Shown here piece after piece: positions 13,490 to 26,529 of a stretch of 64,000 bases of DNA. The notes under the pieces are model-generated. The model was not told the DNA's origin. It did not search any database and saw only the letters and a program-made list of their open reading frames with translations. The DNA is taken from positions 682,001 through 746,000 of the forward strand of contig JAQGDQ010000057.1 in the NCBI GenBank assembly GCA_030141605.1, read 5' to 3'. Numbering within the stretch: position 1 is the stretch's first letter; each line of letters starts with the position of its first letter. Position numbers and translations under genes: made by a program. This DNA is from Tubiluchus corallicola. Its lineage: Eukaryota > Animalia > Priapulida.

Positions 13490-14725
13490 TGAAGTCTAAG
13501 AAACCTAACCATAACATGGTTATTGATGGTCTCGCCTCAACAATTTGCATAATTCCGGCAGATTTGATGCATCAACTGTTTCACTGTTAAGTGAATTCCA
13601 AGGACCCACAACACGAGAAGAGAAGAAATGGGCTCTAATATGAGTGCGAGACTATTGTACAAATAATTTAGAATGGTGTAATTCACCTAGTGATCTACAT
13701 AAAAATTTGTAGCTATGTCGCGAGAACTAATGACTCTATAACAGCTAATAAGATTTACAGTGTTGTTCAAGAGAAGATATGGAGTCAGGGTGAATATGAG
13801 AGGCCAGGCTGATGCACCTCCATTGAGTTATTTCTAAAGCATTTTAAGAGTAAAATACTGTGGTGACCAAACAACGCACGCATACTCAAGTATTGGTCTA
13901 ACTACAGCTTTATAAAAAAGTGCTTTAACTTTTGCACTACGTGATGAAATGCAGTGTTTTATCATTCCAATGTGTCTATTGCCCTGAGAAATAATATGCT
14001 CAATATGTGAGGTCCACTTCAGGTTGTTTGAGATTAATACTCCCAAATCACATACAACTGATTTTTCGTCAATAAGACGTTGTAGAATTAGAACGAATAT
14101 GAAGTATGCTGCATTTACTACGTTTGAGGGACATTAACCAGTTGTCACATCATTGCTCAATTTCAGACAGGTTTGCTTGTAAGATCTCTTGATTATAGGA
14201 ATTTCTAATTGGACGGTAAAGTTTTATATCATCAACAAATAGTGGTATACGTGTGTCAGGGATACACAATTAATAACATCATAAAAATAAGAAAGCAATA
14301 GGGTCCCGACAAAGTCCCTTGAGGAATACTACTGGTGAATTTTCCCAGGAAGTAGTTACACCATTTAAAACTCCTCTTTGCAGTCTGCATGTTAGAAAAT
14401 ATTGAAACCATTGGAGTGGTTTCTCTCTTATACCTGCAAATTCCATTTTTAACATGAGACGATGAAGGGGAATGGAATCAAAAGAAATCAATGTCTAGAA
14501 TATCAGTTGATGGGAGAGAAGGGTCATCAAAGAATTGGGAGCAGTCATTTAAGCATTCAAGAAGATTTGTTATTGTGCAACGTTGTGGTATCGAGCCATG
14601 TTGATTATTGCTGAATTGGCCAGAAGATAGCAGAAATGTTAGTATATCGCTCCACAAAATAGATTTAAGATATTTAGAAACAAGAGAAGATAGAGAAATT
14701 GGGCGTAATTCATCACATGTCAAGT
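13490..14725 (-). mobile_element. Decayed CR1-like LINE reverse-transcriptase region
   Basis: LRPISLSSLVSK, QHGS, FDSIPLHRLMLK, SGIPQG, LFVDDIKLY, DLGVLISNNLKW, VRPILEYACVVWSP, SSRVVGPWNSL, broken by frameshifts and stops. Confidence 0.85.
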
Positions 14726-15160
14726 TGGTATTAGGTTTTTAGGCCATGTCAATAACTTTGGCTAGCAAAGAAGAATCTTCTCATAATTTGGCTGCTTCTT
14801 TAAAGGACATTTCGGCAGTTTTCATCTCACAAGCATTTAGTTTTTCTACTGTGCCTCCCTGTCTTTTTTGGTTTTTATCATACAGTAAGCAAATCTTTGG
14901 TAAAATGCCAGTTGGGTTTTTAGACTTGCTGAAAGGAGATGAAAATGATGAACGCAGCTGCAGACTTCTGGCTTCCGCCTTTTGTCTCCTCTGAGACTGC
15001 AGTAAAATTCTTGTAGCAGGCAAAGTGCAAAGTGATCAAAGTTTGAAGTAATGCTTTGGTATTTTGATTTTGCATACTGTACTTGGTTCTGTCGTTGTTT
15101 GGCACATTTTTGGTTCTTTTCCCAGTGATGGGACAATTTTTTTTAAAATTCCTGTTCACT
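14726..15160 (-). mobile_element. Probable DNA-transposon (Academ-like) transposase N-terminal relic
   Basis: CYKNFT...LPKICLL...EKLNACEMKTAEMSFKEAAK..DSSLLAKV followed by a degenerate D..A....YH..C motif; family assignment from memory. Confidence 0.4.
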
Positions 15161-16259
15161 CTGCTGTTTTTCTGTAGTATCTATACAATGAATAATACAC
15201 TGCATATCTACAAAATTGAAATATTGGCTAAACTTATCAAATGTTTTACAGGAAACATGTTACAACTGATCTGAAATTATGATTGATTTTCAAATGACAA
15301 AAAATCCCATAATGCACACACTGCAGGTTGTAACTAGACTGTATCTCCGATATTGAGTTTATTGAAATTAGTTTATTGTGTCAGTTACAGTAAATTGGTC
15401 AAATTTTAAATAAAGCAAAAGCTATTTGAGCAAACAAAGTCCCACTGTTCTAATGCTGAAATACCCATTACGTATGCCCAATCAATTACAGTATAAATTA
15501 TAGCAAAAATCTTATAGGCTTATGTAAGTTTGTAATTTTTTCAGTTTTAATTTTGAGCCATGATTGCTGTGGACAGCATACAATTTTTTTGTCTTAAGGA
15601 TATTTATGACTGCATTTCTTTTGTCTTGATTATAAATCTAGTATGTACTGGGCAAGTACTACAAGCTCCCACAGAATTTTTTGTGCTCTAATTTAGGTGA
15701 AATAGTGATCTCTGGGCAATGGTCAAGTTTGTCTTGTGTCCACTCATGACTGATATTTTTTTGTGTTGGTCATGAATCTAAGCACTGCTGACCATGCTGT
15801 ACACACTGGCATAAAATTTTTTCTTGTGCTCAAGTTTTACATTAAATGATTATTTTTTGGTTTTTACATCACCTTTGACCTCTCGTGACAGGTTGCATAA
15901 CACAAGACAAACATATTTTTGAAACTTGGAATTTGTGCCTTCTGTTTAGCTACTCAAACCTTTCGTGCTCGAATTTTGAGTTAAAGTGCTCTGGGCTCCT
16001 TGTCTAATATCTTCAGAAAACTAGGTTTCACATCAGCGTAAAAAATCAGGTTTATAATTATGAATGAAATTGAACAAATCAGCAATTATGTTAACACAAC
16101 CATTGCAGTTGAGCATGAAACATCAGAGAGACAAACAAGAATACTGATTAAGTCAAACATTATCTGAGATAGTAGGGCTAGCTTGCTTTCAGTGCTGACA
16201 ATTATGGGAAAAATTTGATTGTGGCTGTTAATTGCAGTAGTTTGGCAGTTTATGGGAGG

Positions 16260-17350
16260 ACTATAGCTAATGGATGGATGTGTATAATGAAAAGGAGTAC
16301 ATGGTGGACAAAGAAGTTAAGGGGTGAACCCAGGAATAAGATTTTCACTAGGATGGGCTAAGTGACTATTGACCAACAAAGTATCAATCAGAGGACGGCT
16401 ACAATTGAGAGAGAAGCCAGTTTGGTAATTTATAGAAGTTGAAGGAATAATTGACAGTGGGATGTATGCAAGTAATTGGAGAGCTAGAAGGGCAAAGTGT
16501 AGCAGAACTGAGACCAGGAATGAGGTTTGCACGTGAAGGGACTGTATGACTTTTTACTAAAGTCATTTGATTACTATTAGTCAGAGGACAGCTACAATCA
16601 GGAGTAAGGCCAATGTTACACTATCAGGAAGAAATGGACTATTAGTAACTTGTTTAGGTCACGGGCAGAATAGCTTGACTTCTCTCAGGGGACAGGCAAT
16701 AATGAAAAGAACTTGTCTAAAAACTAGTATCAACAGACTGAGCAGGTCAATATTGTTGAGATGGTGTAATAATAAGATCAGGATTCAAGGAGGTTTTGTT
16801 GTCATTCACATGATGGAGAGATGAAACAGTTTCAGAACGTTGATCTACTTCATGGCATTTAGTCAGATGATTACAAATATCACATTCACAAGCGTCAAAG
16901 GAGTTACTTTGATTGTGATTTCGAATAAGGCCAAATCTATTTGGTATTTTATTCATGATAATCTCACCGGTGTATTTGGAGGTTAACATAATGATTGTTT
17001 TACCTTGTTTGCCAATAACTCTGCCAACGTCATGAGTATCAAACGTACAAGGACTAATAATAAGAAAGCCAAATGTGAGGGCAACGTACGACCATGGTGT
17101 CCTTTACACGTTGCCTCAGTGTTCAACATTTACACATGTATACATCTGTTCCTCTAGGTATAAAGTTGTTTCCCCATTCTGGTTAAAAACAATTAGAATT
17201 TTACTGTAACTGCTCACTAATCTACCATCAGCTGGTGTGACTTTGATCAATTTTAGGAGTTCTCATTGCTATCGTTTAGAATTTTGACTAATAATATGTG
17301 TTACCCTTTGGTTATAACACTTTGAGTGTTAACTAATAAACCACCTGATG
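16260..17350 (-). mobile_element. Highly decayed LINE endonuclease-region fragment
   Basis: GLLVNTQSVITK (cf. GLLNARSxxNK), a degenerate SDH-like motif and PGFTP (cf. PWFT) in colinear order; many stops. Confidence 0.3.
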
Positions 17351-18638
17351 TAAAGAAGCTGCCACCTACATATAGTTTAAAAATCATTTTTTTTAAACTT
17401 GAAAAGAAAACAATGTCACCCTGGGGTTTGAGGCTACTTTGTTTATGTGTCTGTAAGTGGCTGTCTGGCCAAAGTATCCATGCCATTGACTCTATATCTA
17501 AGGATTAATACTGTTTATAATTATTATATTTAGTGAGTTAAGTATCTGTTTTCATCTGCTTTACAACTCAAATAGTCTTGCTATATTGAAAGTCTTTGCT
17601 CAGCTTCAACTCGGCCTTGTTTGTGCACACAGAGCCTGCAAAAATCTGTGAAAAAATTTTGAACAAAGTCACCAGTGATAACAAAGCTACTCCAGTTGAC
17701 AGTAGTATTTTAAATCAGTTTGAGTGTACTTCATTGCCCCGAAGTGTTTGTCCAAGTGACTCTTGAAGGTGTTTAATGATGGCGCATCCAACTTATGAAC
17801 CGCTATGATATTCCTAGTTTAAACTGTATTTGTGAATAAAAGCAGCATCATACCACAATCATGAACTATGTTGGAAGACATTTCGCAACCTAAGATCAAC
17901 AGGTTTTTCTGGATTATGCTGTCAATATCTGTCTAATCTTGACTTCCGGTGCTTCTCCTCTTCATCGGTACCTCCAACTAGCACCCCCTTCGCTTTGTAA
18001 CAGGATGCAAGAGAATTTAACAGTTTCCATTCCATATCACATTGACATTGTTTGTCTTCCTTCAAGGATTCTTCTTTATCAATTTTCATCTTTTTTGTCT
18101 CTTCTTCTTGCTGTCATTACTTATAGTTTTCCTGTATTCTATGTCTGTCTTAACCTTCAATACACATGTTTAACATTTCAACACAGGTGCTCCTAATATC
18201 TGTCACATTAATATCACTTACCACCTGCTGTTTTCTTTGCACAGAAATAAGTGCTCTGTTGTTTCTGATTCTTCATTATGCAAATCACTTCAGATTATCA
18301 TTATATAATACTTAAAATTTGTTTACTCTCATTTAGGCCTAACTCATGTAGATAAGATTGCAATTTAGATTGCTTTCTTTTAAGATTCTCATTTTTGTCA
18401 TTTTCTGGTTAAATTCTTCACCCAGCCCTTCTTTTATTTTATTCTTAATCATTTTTCTCCTTTTATTTCTTAATTATAATTATATGTAAATCTTTAAGTT
18501 GATACTGTTTTAATAATTCTGACACTTAATTGAAGAATTAGAATCTTGAACTACATTGTTGGGTAATTTATTTCCATTTGTTGTCCATCTTTATTGAAAA
18601 TATCTGTGGAGTTTTCTACTTCACATGTCCACTTGCTA

Positions 18639-18814
18639 GAAACTACTCTTAATCTTGTACGTGTGACCTCCAGCACCATGGTATGTGTGAGATATGCGTG
18701 ACCTCTAGCACCATGGTATGTGTGAGATGCACATGAGCTCTAGCACCATGGTATGTGTGAGAAACTACTCTTAATCTTGTATGTGTGACCTCTAGCACCA
18801 TGGTATGTGTGAGA
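18639..18814. repeat. Compound tandem repeat, 4 copies of TGACCTCTAGCACCATGGTATGTGTGAGA with two alternative spacers
   Basis: Directly visible; GAAACTACTCTTAATCTTGTA spacer occurs twice. Confidence 0.9.
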
Positions 18815-20907
18815 AGGAAACAGTTTTCTTCATCATATCTTGTTTCACCGGATTTCAAACTATGCCGCCTTGGTCAAAAACTGGCCTAACCATCGATTTT
18901 AATCGACTCATCATTGGCTCATCAAGACAGAAGAAATTTCTCTTGATAGTAATGCAGAATAATTCTTAATGATAAGAGTCATAATAATGGATAAAAACCT
19001 CGCAATTAAAAAACAAGAAAAAAGAAAGGCACAAAATCTCGATATACCACTATAGTTACCAAAGGTTTACTTGAAAAAGAACTGCACTAGTACTTTGAAA
19101 CATTGTACCGTTTTCTCTTTTTCCTTGTTTTTTAATTATGTGGGCTTTTTATCTACTTACGGCAAGAGGAAAGTGCCTGATGGTCATTTATTCATTCTCT
19201 TGATAAGTGCAAGTCTTCTATGGGCTTTGTTAACAGCATGATTGATATGGTTTTGAAATTGAAACACTTTGCCAACTCTGCTAGGGCTTTATTAAATTTA
19301 CTAAATGTTTACAGGACTCTTACTAAACAAAACGATTCCGTTTGCATGCTGTAGCTATTTGTATACAGTAAAACGAAAAATTACCAGTGCTGGAAATTTT
19401 GCGAATTTTGTGCAGACCGCCCGGAGCAAAATTACACAGCATTAACGGTGCTGGTAAATGTGCAACTGTTTGTATATGCTGCTAAATACAGACAATATAA
19501 TTAACGTAATGCTTGGCGATGTGCTGTAATTGTATATTGGAGATTGGAGCCCGCTAAGCAGCAACTCATACCAATGATTATGAAATGAAGAAGACTAAAA
19601 ATTTCCGTTGGTCTTCACCTGAGTAACTTGTTTGGAATCATGTGTCGTAAAAATTCACTTCACGAAGAAGCTCAATTTACCATAAGTTTAACTCACACTT
19701 TTTTCAGTTTACAGTATTGTACAAAAGTGTGCTTGTATGTGGGGCTCCCATATGAACTGCCACCTCATGCAATATCACCACCTTTTATCATGCAAAGTTG
19801 CTTTTTTCTGTGTAATCTAGCTTGGAATACATTGTCTAGAGTCTCTAGACACCTTAATTAATCACTGCTGATAGAGGATCACTAAATTATTTGCCTTGCT
19901 CTTTTGACTTTACATTCAAGTCTAACATTTTGATACCCTAACAAGTAAATTTACTTCTAAATATTGCCAGTGTTTTAAATATTGTACAAGGTCTGCATTT
20001 TTTTGTTAGGAGCCATAAACCTACATATGTTATAATATCTAGCTACTTATTACAACTGAAAGGGTTGGTAAGGGATTTTAATATTAAGTTTTCTCATATT
20101 TGTCTAACTTACAAAAAAGAAGGTCAGGTAGATAAGAGTCATAACTGTAGCAGACTCTTTTCTCACAATTCAAATCAAAACAATTTATTTCACTTCATTT
20201 CATTTCAGAAATCACTCACTTGTTCTAGTGTTCATGTATTACCTTATCTTGCAATGCCATTTATGCAAATATCCACCCACAGTGTACTTTTAGAGGATTA
20301 ATCGTAGGTAAGAACAGTGATGATTAATTACACTGTGACAGTCTTGGAAGAGCAGCAAAAAGCAGTTTTGGCTGTGCAGGTTGCTATTGCTTATCAGTAA
20401 CTTTCACTTTGATCTCACTAATGTATTAGCTACTAGTAGACGAAAATATATTTTAAGAGAAATAAATAAGCATTGTAACTTGACATTTGCATAGTATAGT
20501 AGCATAGTAGTGTACATTCTCAAGATTATTTTCTCGTTAAAGAAAACACGTTTATCAACGATTGTTAGGTCATGTCAGAACTAAGGCGAACAAAACTGTT
20601 TATCATTTACAAAAATCAGTAAACATTTAGAGTGACCTAACTAAACGTTTATGTTTACACGTGTAAACATGACAGCCCTATTGTCAAAATAAATTATGTA
20701 ATTGCGATATCTAATGCTTTTTGTGCATAAATATAGGTTAGGGACACGTTAAATCACATGACTTCTTACATTAAGTTTTTGCATTAATTATATTATATCT
20801 GTAAATGTCCAGCTGCTTAGTCAGCTGCTGATCATTAGAACTGTACTAATGATCAGTAAACGTAATTATCTAATATAATGATGCATCTACCTACTTCTTT
20901 GTAACAG

Positions 20908-21113
20908 GAAGCACTGCTGGGTATGTTTTGCTACAGAAGAGGATGACAGATCCTTAGCTTGGGTGCGGCCATGTCGTTGTCGGGGTAGCACAAAGTGGGT
21001 ACACCAGCAATGCTTGCAACGATGGATTGATGAGAAGCTAAAAACTAATTCAAATAATTCTGTTCGTTGTCCACAGTGTAATACTGAATACATCATTATA
21101 TACCCTGCTAGAG
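20908..21113 (+). CDS. MARCHF5: MARCH5 exon 2, RING-CH domain
   Basis: KHCWVCFATEEDDRSLAWVRPCRCRGSTKWVHQQCLQRWIDEK...VRCPQCNTEYIIIYP; cag|...G|GTGAG. Missed by the ORF track. Confidence 0.97.
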
Positions 21114-21968
21114 GTGAGAACAAATATGTGTGAATGTTTCAATAAATTTCAGTTTGAAATCGTTGCAAAATTGAGAAATTGATTATGTTTTTGTATAGGT
21201 TTTTTAAGTACAAGCAAGAGTGCTTAAACAGCTAGTATTAGTGTGTGTATTATGCTATGCATTACAAATTTTATACAAGTATTTTAAGGCACAAACATGC
21301 ATGATGCATCTAGGTGTCATGTTAAAGACTTGTTCCTAGTTGTTCTTTCAGAAACAAAAATCTAGCAATTATAAAATTCAAAATTATTCTAAAATTTCTA
21401 TGCAAGTGCTGTCTTCAAATTTTAAGTTGATGATTTCTTAAAATGATAATGCTTTGACAACTGACATCTGAATTGATTGATTTGCAAACCTAGCAGAGTG
21501 AAAACGTGAGCAGTACTATGAATTTTGCGAAAACAAGAAACCTAGAGGAGCACGATATTTAAGAGAAAGTTAACACTGCAATGTGAATTATTTAATAAAA
21601 TAATGATAATGTTTGAATATTTTACAAAATGCCTAAAATAATTGAAAAAAATTTCAATCAAAAATAAGTATTGGTAAATTGATATTCATTATGCTGAAGT
21701 ACTTAATAAATGGCATTTAAGTACCAATTACAAGTAAGTACTTGATGAAAGTCTGGCTTTTCTCACTTCCGGTTTTTTCCAATTACCAAGATGCCATATT
21801 TGGGATATTTACCATATTTACGATTGGATTGGATTGATTAAATCTTATTAAATAGTGTTTTCTAAGGCCCAAATAATGTGATCATTTTAGTTATAAACAA
21901 TAACATTTCTAATGTAAGATATGGCAAGGTTGGTGTAATATTTTTTTAATATTAATTTACATTTACAG

Positions 21969-22099
21969 GCACAGCTGTGTACCTGTTGAATCTAATTGAT
22001 AAAATGATCTACAAAGTTTGCCCGTTTGTAGCTGCTGGTCTTGTCGTTGGTTCTGTATACTGGACAGCGGTCACTTATGGAGCAGTGACTGTCATGCAG
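21969..22099 (+). CDS. MARCHF5: MARCH5 exon 3
   Basis: KVCPFVAAGLVVGSVYWTAVTYGAVTVMQ; AG/GT boundaries. Confidence 0.97.
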
Positions 22100-22741
22100 G
22101 TATGCCGAAAATTTGATTTCTTACATAGTAGATTCATTTTGAGTTGCAAAGTGTATAATAATGAACTTTAAGCCTTGATGTCCATCGCATAGCTAAGTGT
22201 AGTTTTTTAATTTCTTAAAAAGTTGTGATTGCAGACTCACTTTATAATCCGATTCTCTATTTTTTCCAGAGTAGTCTTCTTTGTTGCGTAACTGTTAGAT
22301 TTTGACATCACTATCAAAGTGCTCGTGTGTCTTATTGGTAACCAAATGGTTTACTGCCATTTTTGCGGTTTACCGTCTGTGACCTCCAAGCATATTAGTT
22401 GGCATTCGGTTTCTTTGGTGTCCTTTTCTCTCGTCTTTCGTCTTTCGTGCTTTATTATATTGTTTCTCTTTTGCTGGTGCATAATTGACTCTTTGTGTAT
22501 TCTGTTTGGCACTGTACAGTCCAAGTTGTGAGTGAGATGTTATATTGTGCGATGAATTTAGGTGCAGGCAATGATGAATGAAAATGTTAAATACAGAGCA
22601 CGTTTGTTTCTGTGTTATAATTTAGCTGATTGTGAATGTGTTTGCTGGATGTTTGCAGGTTGTATCTGATTACTTACGACTGTTTAGTTATTTATTTGGT
22701 TTGTATTCTGCCCTTTAGTATTTTGCAAATATGTTTTCCAG

Positions 22742-22976
22742 GTGCTTGGACACAAAGAGGGCCTCAATGTGATGGAACAAGCTGATCCTCTCTTTCTTCT
22801 AATTGGCTTACCTACCATTCCCATAACTCTTATTCTTGGTAAAATGGTTCGCTGGGAGGACTATGTACTGAAGATATGGCGAAAGCATTCACGAAAGCTG
22901 CCATTACTCGGTTACTTCTTTTCTTCCGAAAGTTGCCAAGCAGTGGCTCCACAGGCAGATATCCAAACATTCTCTG
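22742..22976 (+). CDS. MARCHF5: MARCH5 exon 4
   Basis: VLGHKEGLNVMEQADPLFLLIGLPTIPITLILGKMVRWEDYVLKIWRKHS; donor G|GTAGAT, phase 1. Confidence 0.93.
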
Positions 22977-23429
22977 GTAGATATGACATAAGTAGAATAT
23001 TTAAAAAATAAGGGCCTAGAAATGTATTTTTCTAATTGTTGTACAAATTTTATTAAAATTCTTTAAATTTTGTTGTACTTCATATTTACTGTAATGTACT
23101 TAAGGCTCTTAGGGTTTGTAGTTGCTGTGCAACTGTGCATAGCTACTAGTTAAAGTGGTCAGTGTGCTAAAGTTATTATAAGGTATCATTGTCAACAAAG
23201 TAGAATCAAGTCTCACATTTACTGAAGTTTCATGAGTAAAACCTAATTGAGTTTTTAGGGGAGGATATATATATAAAGAGTTGATATGATAGAAACGAAA
23301 GCTGCAAAATGCAATAAAATTAATGTAAATTTCAAGCCATGAACAATTAAAGAATAGCTTTGTTCATTAAAAACTTATAAAAATGCCACATTTCATCTTT
23401 AGTTGGCTGATTCAGATATTGCATTTCAG

Positions 23430-23545
23430 ATCCACTCTCCGCAACACGTGTGCTGTGTGGAGCCATGATTTTACCCACAATAGCGACAATCTTTGGAAAA
23501 ATTATGTTTAACACAGTCATTAACAATCTTCATCGGACAATACTG
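23430..23545 (+). CDS. MARCHF5: MARCH5 exon 5
   Basis: (D)PLSATRVLCGAMILPTIATIFGKIMFNTVINNLHRTIL; AG/GT boundaries. Confidence 0.95.
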
Positions 23546-23689
23546 GTAAATTGGAACTTTTAATATATTAATACCTGCTTTTGTTGGTTAAAAAATGAAG
23601 ACCAAATATCAGAAAAAGCCTGCATTTTTTGTGAGTTGTAAATTGAAAAATAAGATTTTGTAATTTATTATTTTAGTTTGTTGAGTTTC

Positions 23690-23930
23690 TAGATTTATTT
23701 TGGTTGCTGATGTTTTAGATTTATCTTAGCTTATGCATTTTTCTTAGTTGCTCAAGTTCTAGATCTTTCTTCATTGCTGAAGTTCTTGGTTTTTCTTAGT
23801 TTCTGAGGTTCTAGATTTTTCTTAGTTGCTGAAGTTTTATGTTTTTCTTGGTTGCTGAGGTTCTAAATTTTTTTTAGTTGCTGAGGTTAGTTCTAGATTT
23901 TTCTTAGGTGCTGAGGTTTTAGATTTTTGT
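23690..23930. repeat. Degenerate 26-bp minisatellite block
   Basis: Variants of TTAGTTGCTGAGGTTCTAGATTTTTC. Confidence 0.85.
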
Positions 23931-24593
23931 TAATTGCTTAATCATCGACCTTTGGTATGCAGCAACCTTGGCATAAAATGCATGTCATTTGTCGAGATGA
24001 ATGACCTACTATTGAAAGGCCACGACCCAGAGGATCATCAATGTTCAAGTTATGTTGGGTTTTTGCACATTTTGCTAAAAATCTACATGATGTATACAGT
24101 AAACAAAATGTTTTTATAGCAATTTTGGACAGTAGATTATCTGAGCCTTTCAAAAGTGCAGCAGTTACTTTTGGTACACAAGGTCGTAATTTGGCGGTTG
24201 CTAGGGTGTAAAATTGACCATTTCCTTCAAAACAGATAAAGTACGTATTCTTTACCAATTTTGAGGCCAAACAGAGTTTTCGATGCTACCACATTTTGGC
24301 CCAGCTGGGTCACCTAGAGGGAAGGTGTTAAACATACTGTGTAAGAGTACTATTCAAGTAAAGCTTATGCCGAGGTGGTTTGACATTGTTTATTAAAGCG
24401 TTGAGTATGGTTAATAAATGACTTAATTTTCTTTATCTTTCTAAAACATTCTATCCTTCATCTTAGATTTTTGGTGTCTAGTAACCTTTGCATAAAATGC
24501 ATGCCAAACTGAATGACCAAGGTCAAAAATTTTTGGCTGTCTGGGGTCACCCAAAGGGCAGCTAAAGGGAATGTCGTAAACAATTGTGTACTC

Positions 24594-25060
24594 AGTTGCT
24601 GAGGTTTTAGGTTCTTCTTAGTTGCTGAAGTTTTAGGTTTTTCGTAGTTGCTGAGGTTCTAGACTTTCTTTAGTTGCTGAGGTTCTAGACTTTCTTTAGT
24701 TGCTGAGGTTCTAGACTTTCTTTAGTTGCTGAGGTTCTAGACTTTCTTTAGTTGCTGAGGTTCTAGACTTTCTTTAGTTGCTGAGGTTCTAGACTTTCTT
24801 TAGTTGCTGAGGTTCTAGACTTTCTTTAGTTGCTGAGGTTCTAGACTTTCTTTAGTTGCTGAGGTTCTAGACTTTCTTTAGTTGTTGAGGTTCTAGACTT
24901 TCTTTAGTTGCTGAGGTTCTAGATTTTTCTTGGTTGCTGAGGTTTTAGGGTTTTCTTAGTTGCTGAGGTTGGTTCTAGATTTTCTTGTTGTTGTGGTTGT
25001 AGATTTTTCTTAGTTGCTGAGGTTCTAGATTTTTCTTAGTTGCTGAGGTTCTAGATTTTT
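24594..25060. repeat. 26-bp minisatellite (TTAGTTGCTGAGGTTCTAGACTTTCT)n
   Basis: About ten near-perfect central copies with degenerate flanks; no spacers. Confidence 0.95.
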
Positions 25061-25083
25061 GCAGACATTTTATATATTTCATA

Positions 25084-25130
25084 CAAGGACTACTATACAA
25101 CAGTAGTATATAGTGGTATAGTAGTCCTTG
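25084..25130. mobile_element. 47-bp micro-MITE with 15-bp TIRs and 8-bp TSD (P-like or hAT-like)
   Basis: CAAGGACTACTATAC (25084-25098) / GTATAGTAGTCCTTG (25116-25130), flanked by ATTTCATA at 25076-25083 and 25131-25138. Confidence 0.85.
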
Positions 25131-26259
25131 ATTTCATACTATAAGTTGCCATAAACTGATGTGTTACACGTTGTGATGTCACAGCATAATTTTTTACCTA
25201 ATATAATTTGCAGATGTTGTGAAGTTACATAGACAACACACAGCTAAATAGGTACTGTGAAATGCGTTAGACATTTGATGTATAAAACATTTGAATACTA
25301 GACAAGAGAAATTTACTTTAAATCATTTGTATTAGAATAACACTAGTTCATCTATTTCTCCACATCTGAATTTTTTGTAAAATTGTGGCCAAGTGATTGT
25401 ACAATCCATTTTCCATTGTGAACAAACTGGGAGTTTTTGTAATTTTTCTTAATGCATTTATTTTAAATGTGTAATCCACAGTCAAAAATACAAGTTACTT
25501 TACATAATTTTCTAACTTATTAGAGGCTTATTGCATCTTGGCTTAGTGGAGCCAGTATACCAGGCTTAGTGCATCTTGGCTTATTGGGCCTTTGCAACTT
25601 TTTAGCAAGGTAAACAATAATGTCATTTGTGAGGCGTTACATATGTGTAAGCCTTACTGAAACGAAACAACTTCTACAGCAACTGCACTTTGATACTGCT
25701 ATGTATCAGTAAGGACTTGCAAAGGAGCATTGTAGTTAAATTGATGATTCAGATGAATTTAATTATTGTACTGAAAGTTTGTTTTTGTGCTGTTCATTTG
25801 GTCATGCCTGGCAGGGAAAATGGTCGGAACTCACTTACATTCTTTCTTGATGACTTTGAATATGGTGTTGCTATGTGTGGTGTAAGTGGGAGGTGTTGTA
25901 GTTCATTGTCTTGAAAAGTTTGGTGTTCTTTTGATTATGGTAACTAAAATGTTTATGATTATAGTCTGCAGGCTCTACAAACAGTGATTTTATTGAAGCC
26001 ACTTCAATGCATTCAATTTAGCAGATTTGTTGGATTCCAAATGGCTGAGAATTCAGCAACTAAAATTTACCAGATATACATATATTCATTTACCTCTTTT
26101 TTAAAGAGCTTGCACAAGTAGAAATACAATCATATAAAAACAGTACCAGCAATAGAACTGCTAAGAAGAGCTGAATGCTTATCTGTTGTGCTTATAGTTT
26201 GAAAACTACTATTATTTGATAGGTTGCTATTTAATTAGCATTAACTGTTGTTATTTCAG

Positions 26260-26529
26260 GGTGGAATATCTTTCATAGCTATAAAAGGGGCATTAAAGTT
26301 ATACTACATAGAAAAGAATCATCGCCGTCGACTAGGTCGTCGCATACTGGACTTTGAGGAACCAGAAACTCAGGATGTCGCTACTGGGCAGCAGCCAGTT
26401 GAGCAGGTCCATCAAGCCACACAATCAGACGTAGATCATGATGCTATGGAGGAGTTCAGTGTTGGTAACAGTAACAGTGATGTGCAATTGTCGTCGCCGA
26501 GTTCTGGTCAAGAAAACAATGGTGTATAG
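26260..26529 (+). CDS. MARCHF5: MARCH5 exon 6 (terminal)
   Basis: GGISFIAIKGALKLYY...RRILDFEE then acidic tail and TAG; acceptor tttcag. Confidence 0.95.
   Translation, partial: GGISFIAIKGALKLYYIEKNHRRRLGRRILDFEEPETQDVATGQQPVEQVHQATQSDVDHDAMEEFSVGNSNSDVQLSSPSSGQENNGV

Larger units (their letters stand above)
13160..26529 (+). other. MARCHF5: MARCH5 gene span: join(13160..13284,20908..21113,21969..22099,22742..22976,23430..23545,26260..26529), about 360 aa
   Basis: Six GT-AG exons total 1083 nt in one frame; RING-CH domain plus hydrophobic transmembrane segments. Confidence 0.92.

Noticed and set aside
18639-18814. 29-bp repeats with intervening sequence, CRISPR-like at first sight
   Set aside because: Spacers are 6 or about 23 nt and themselves repeated; eukaryotic intron; no cas genes
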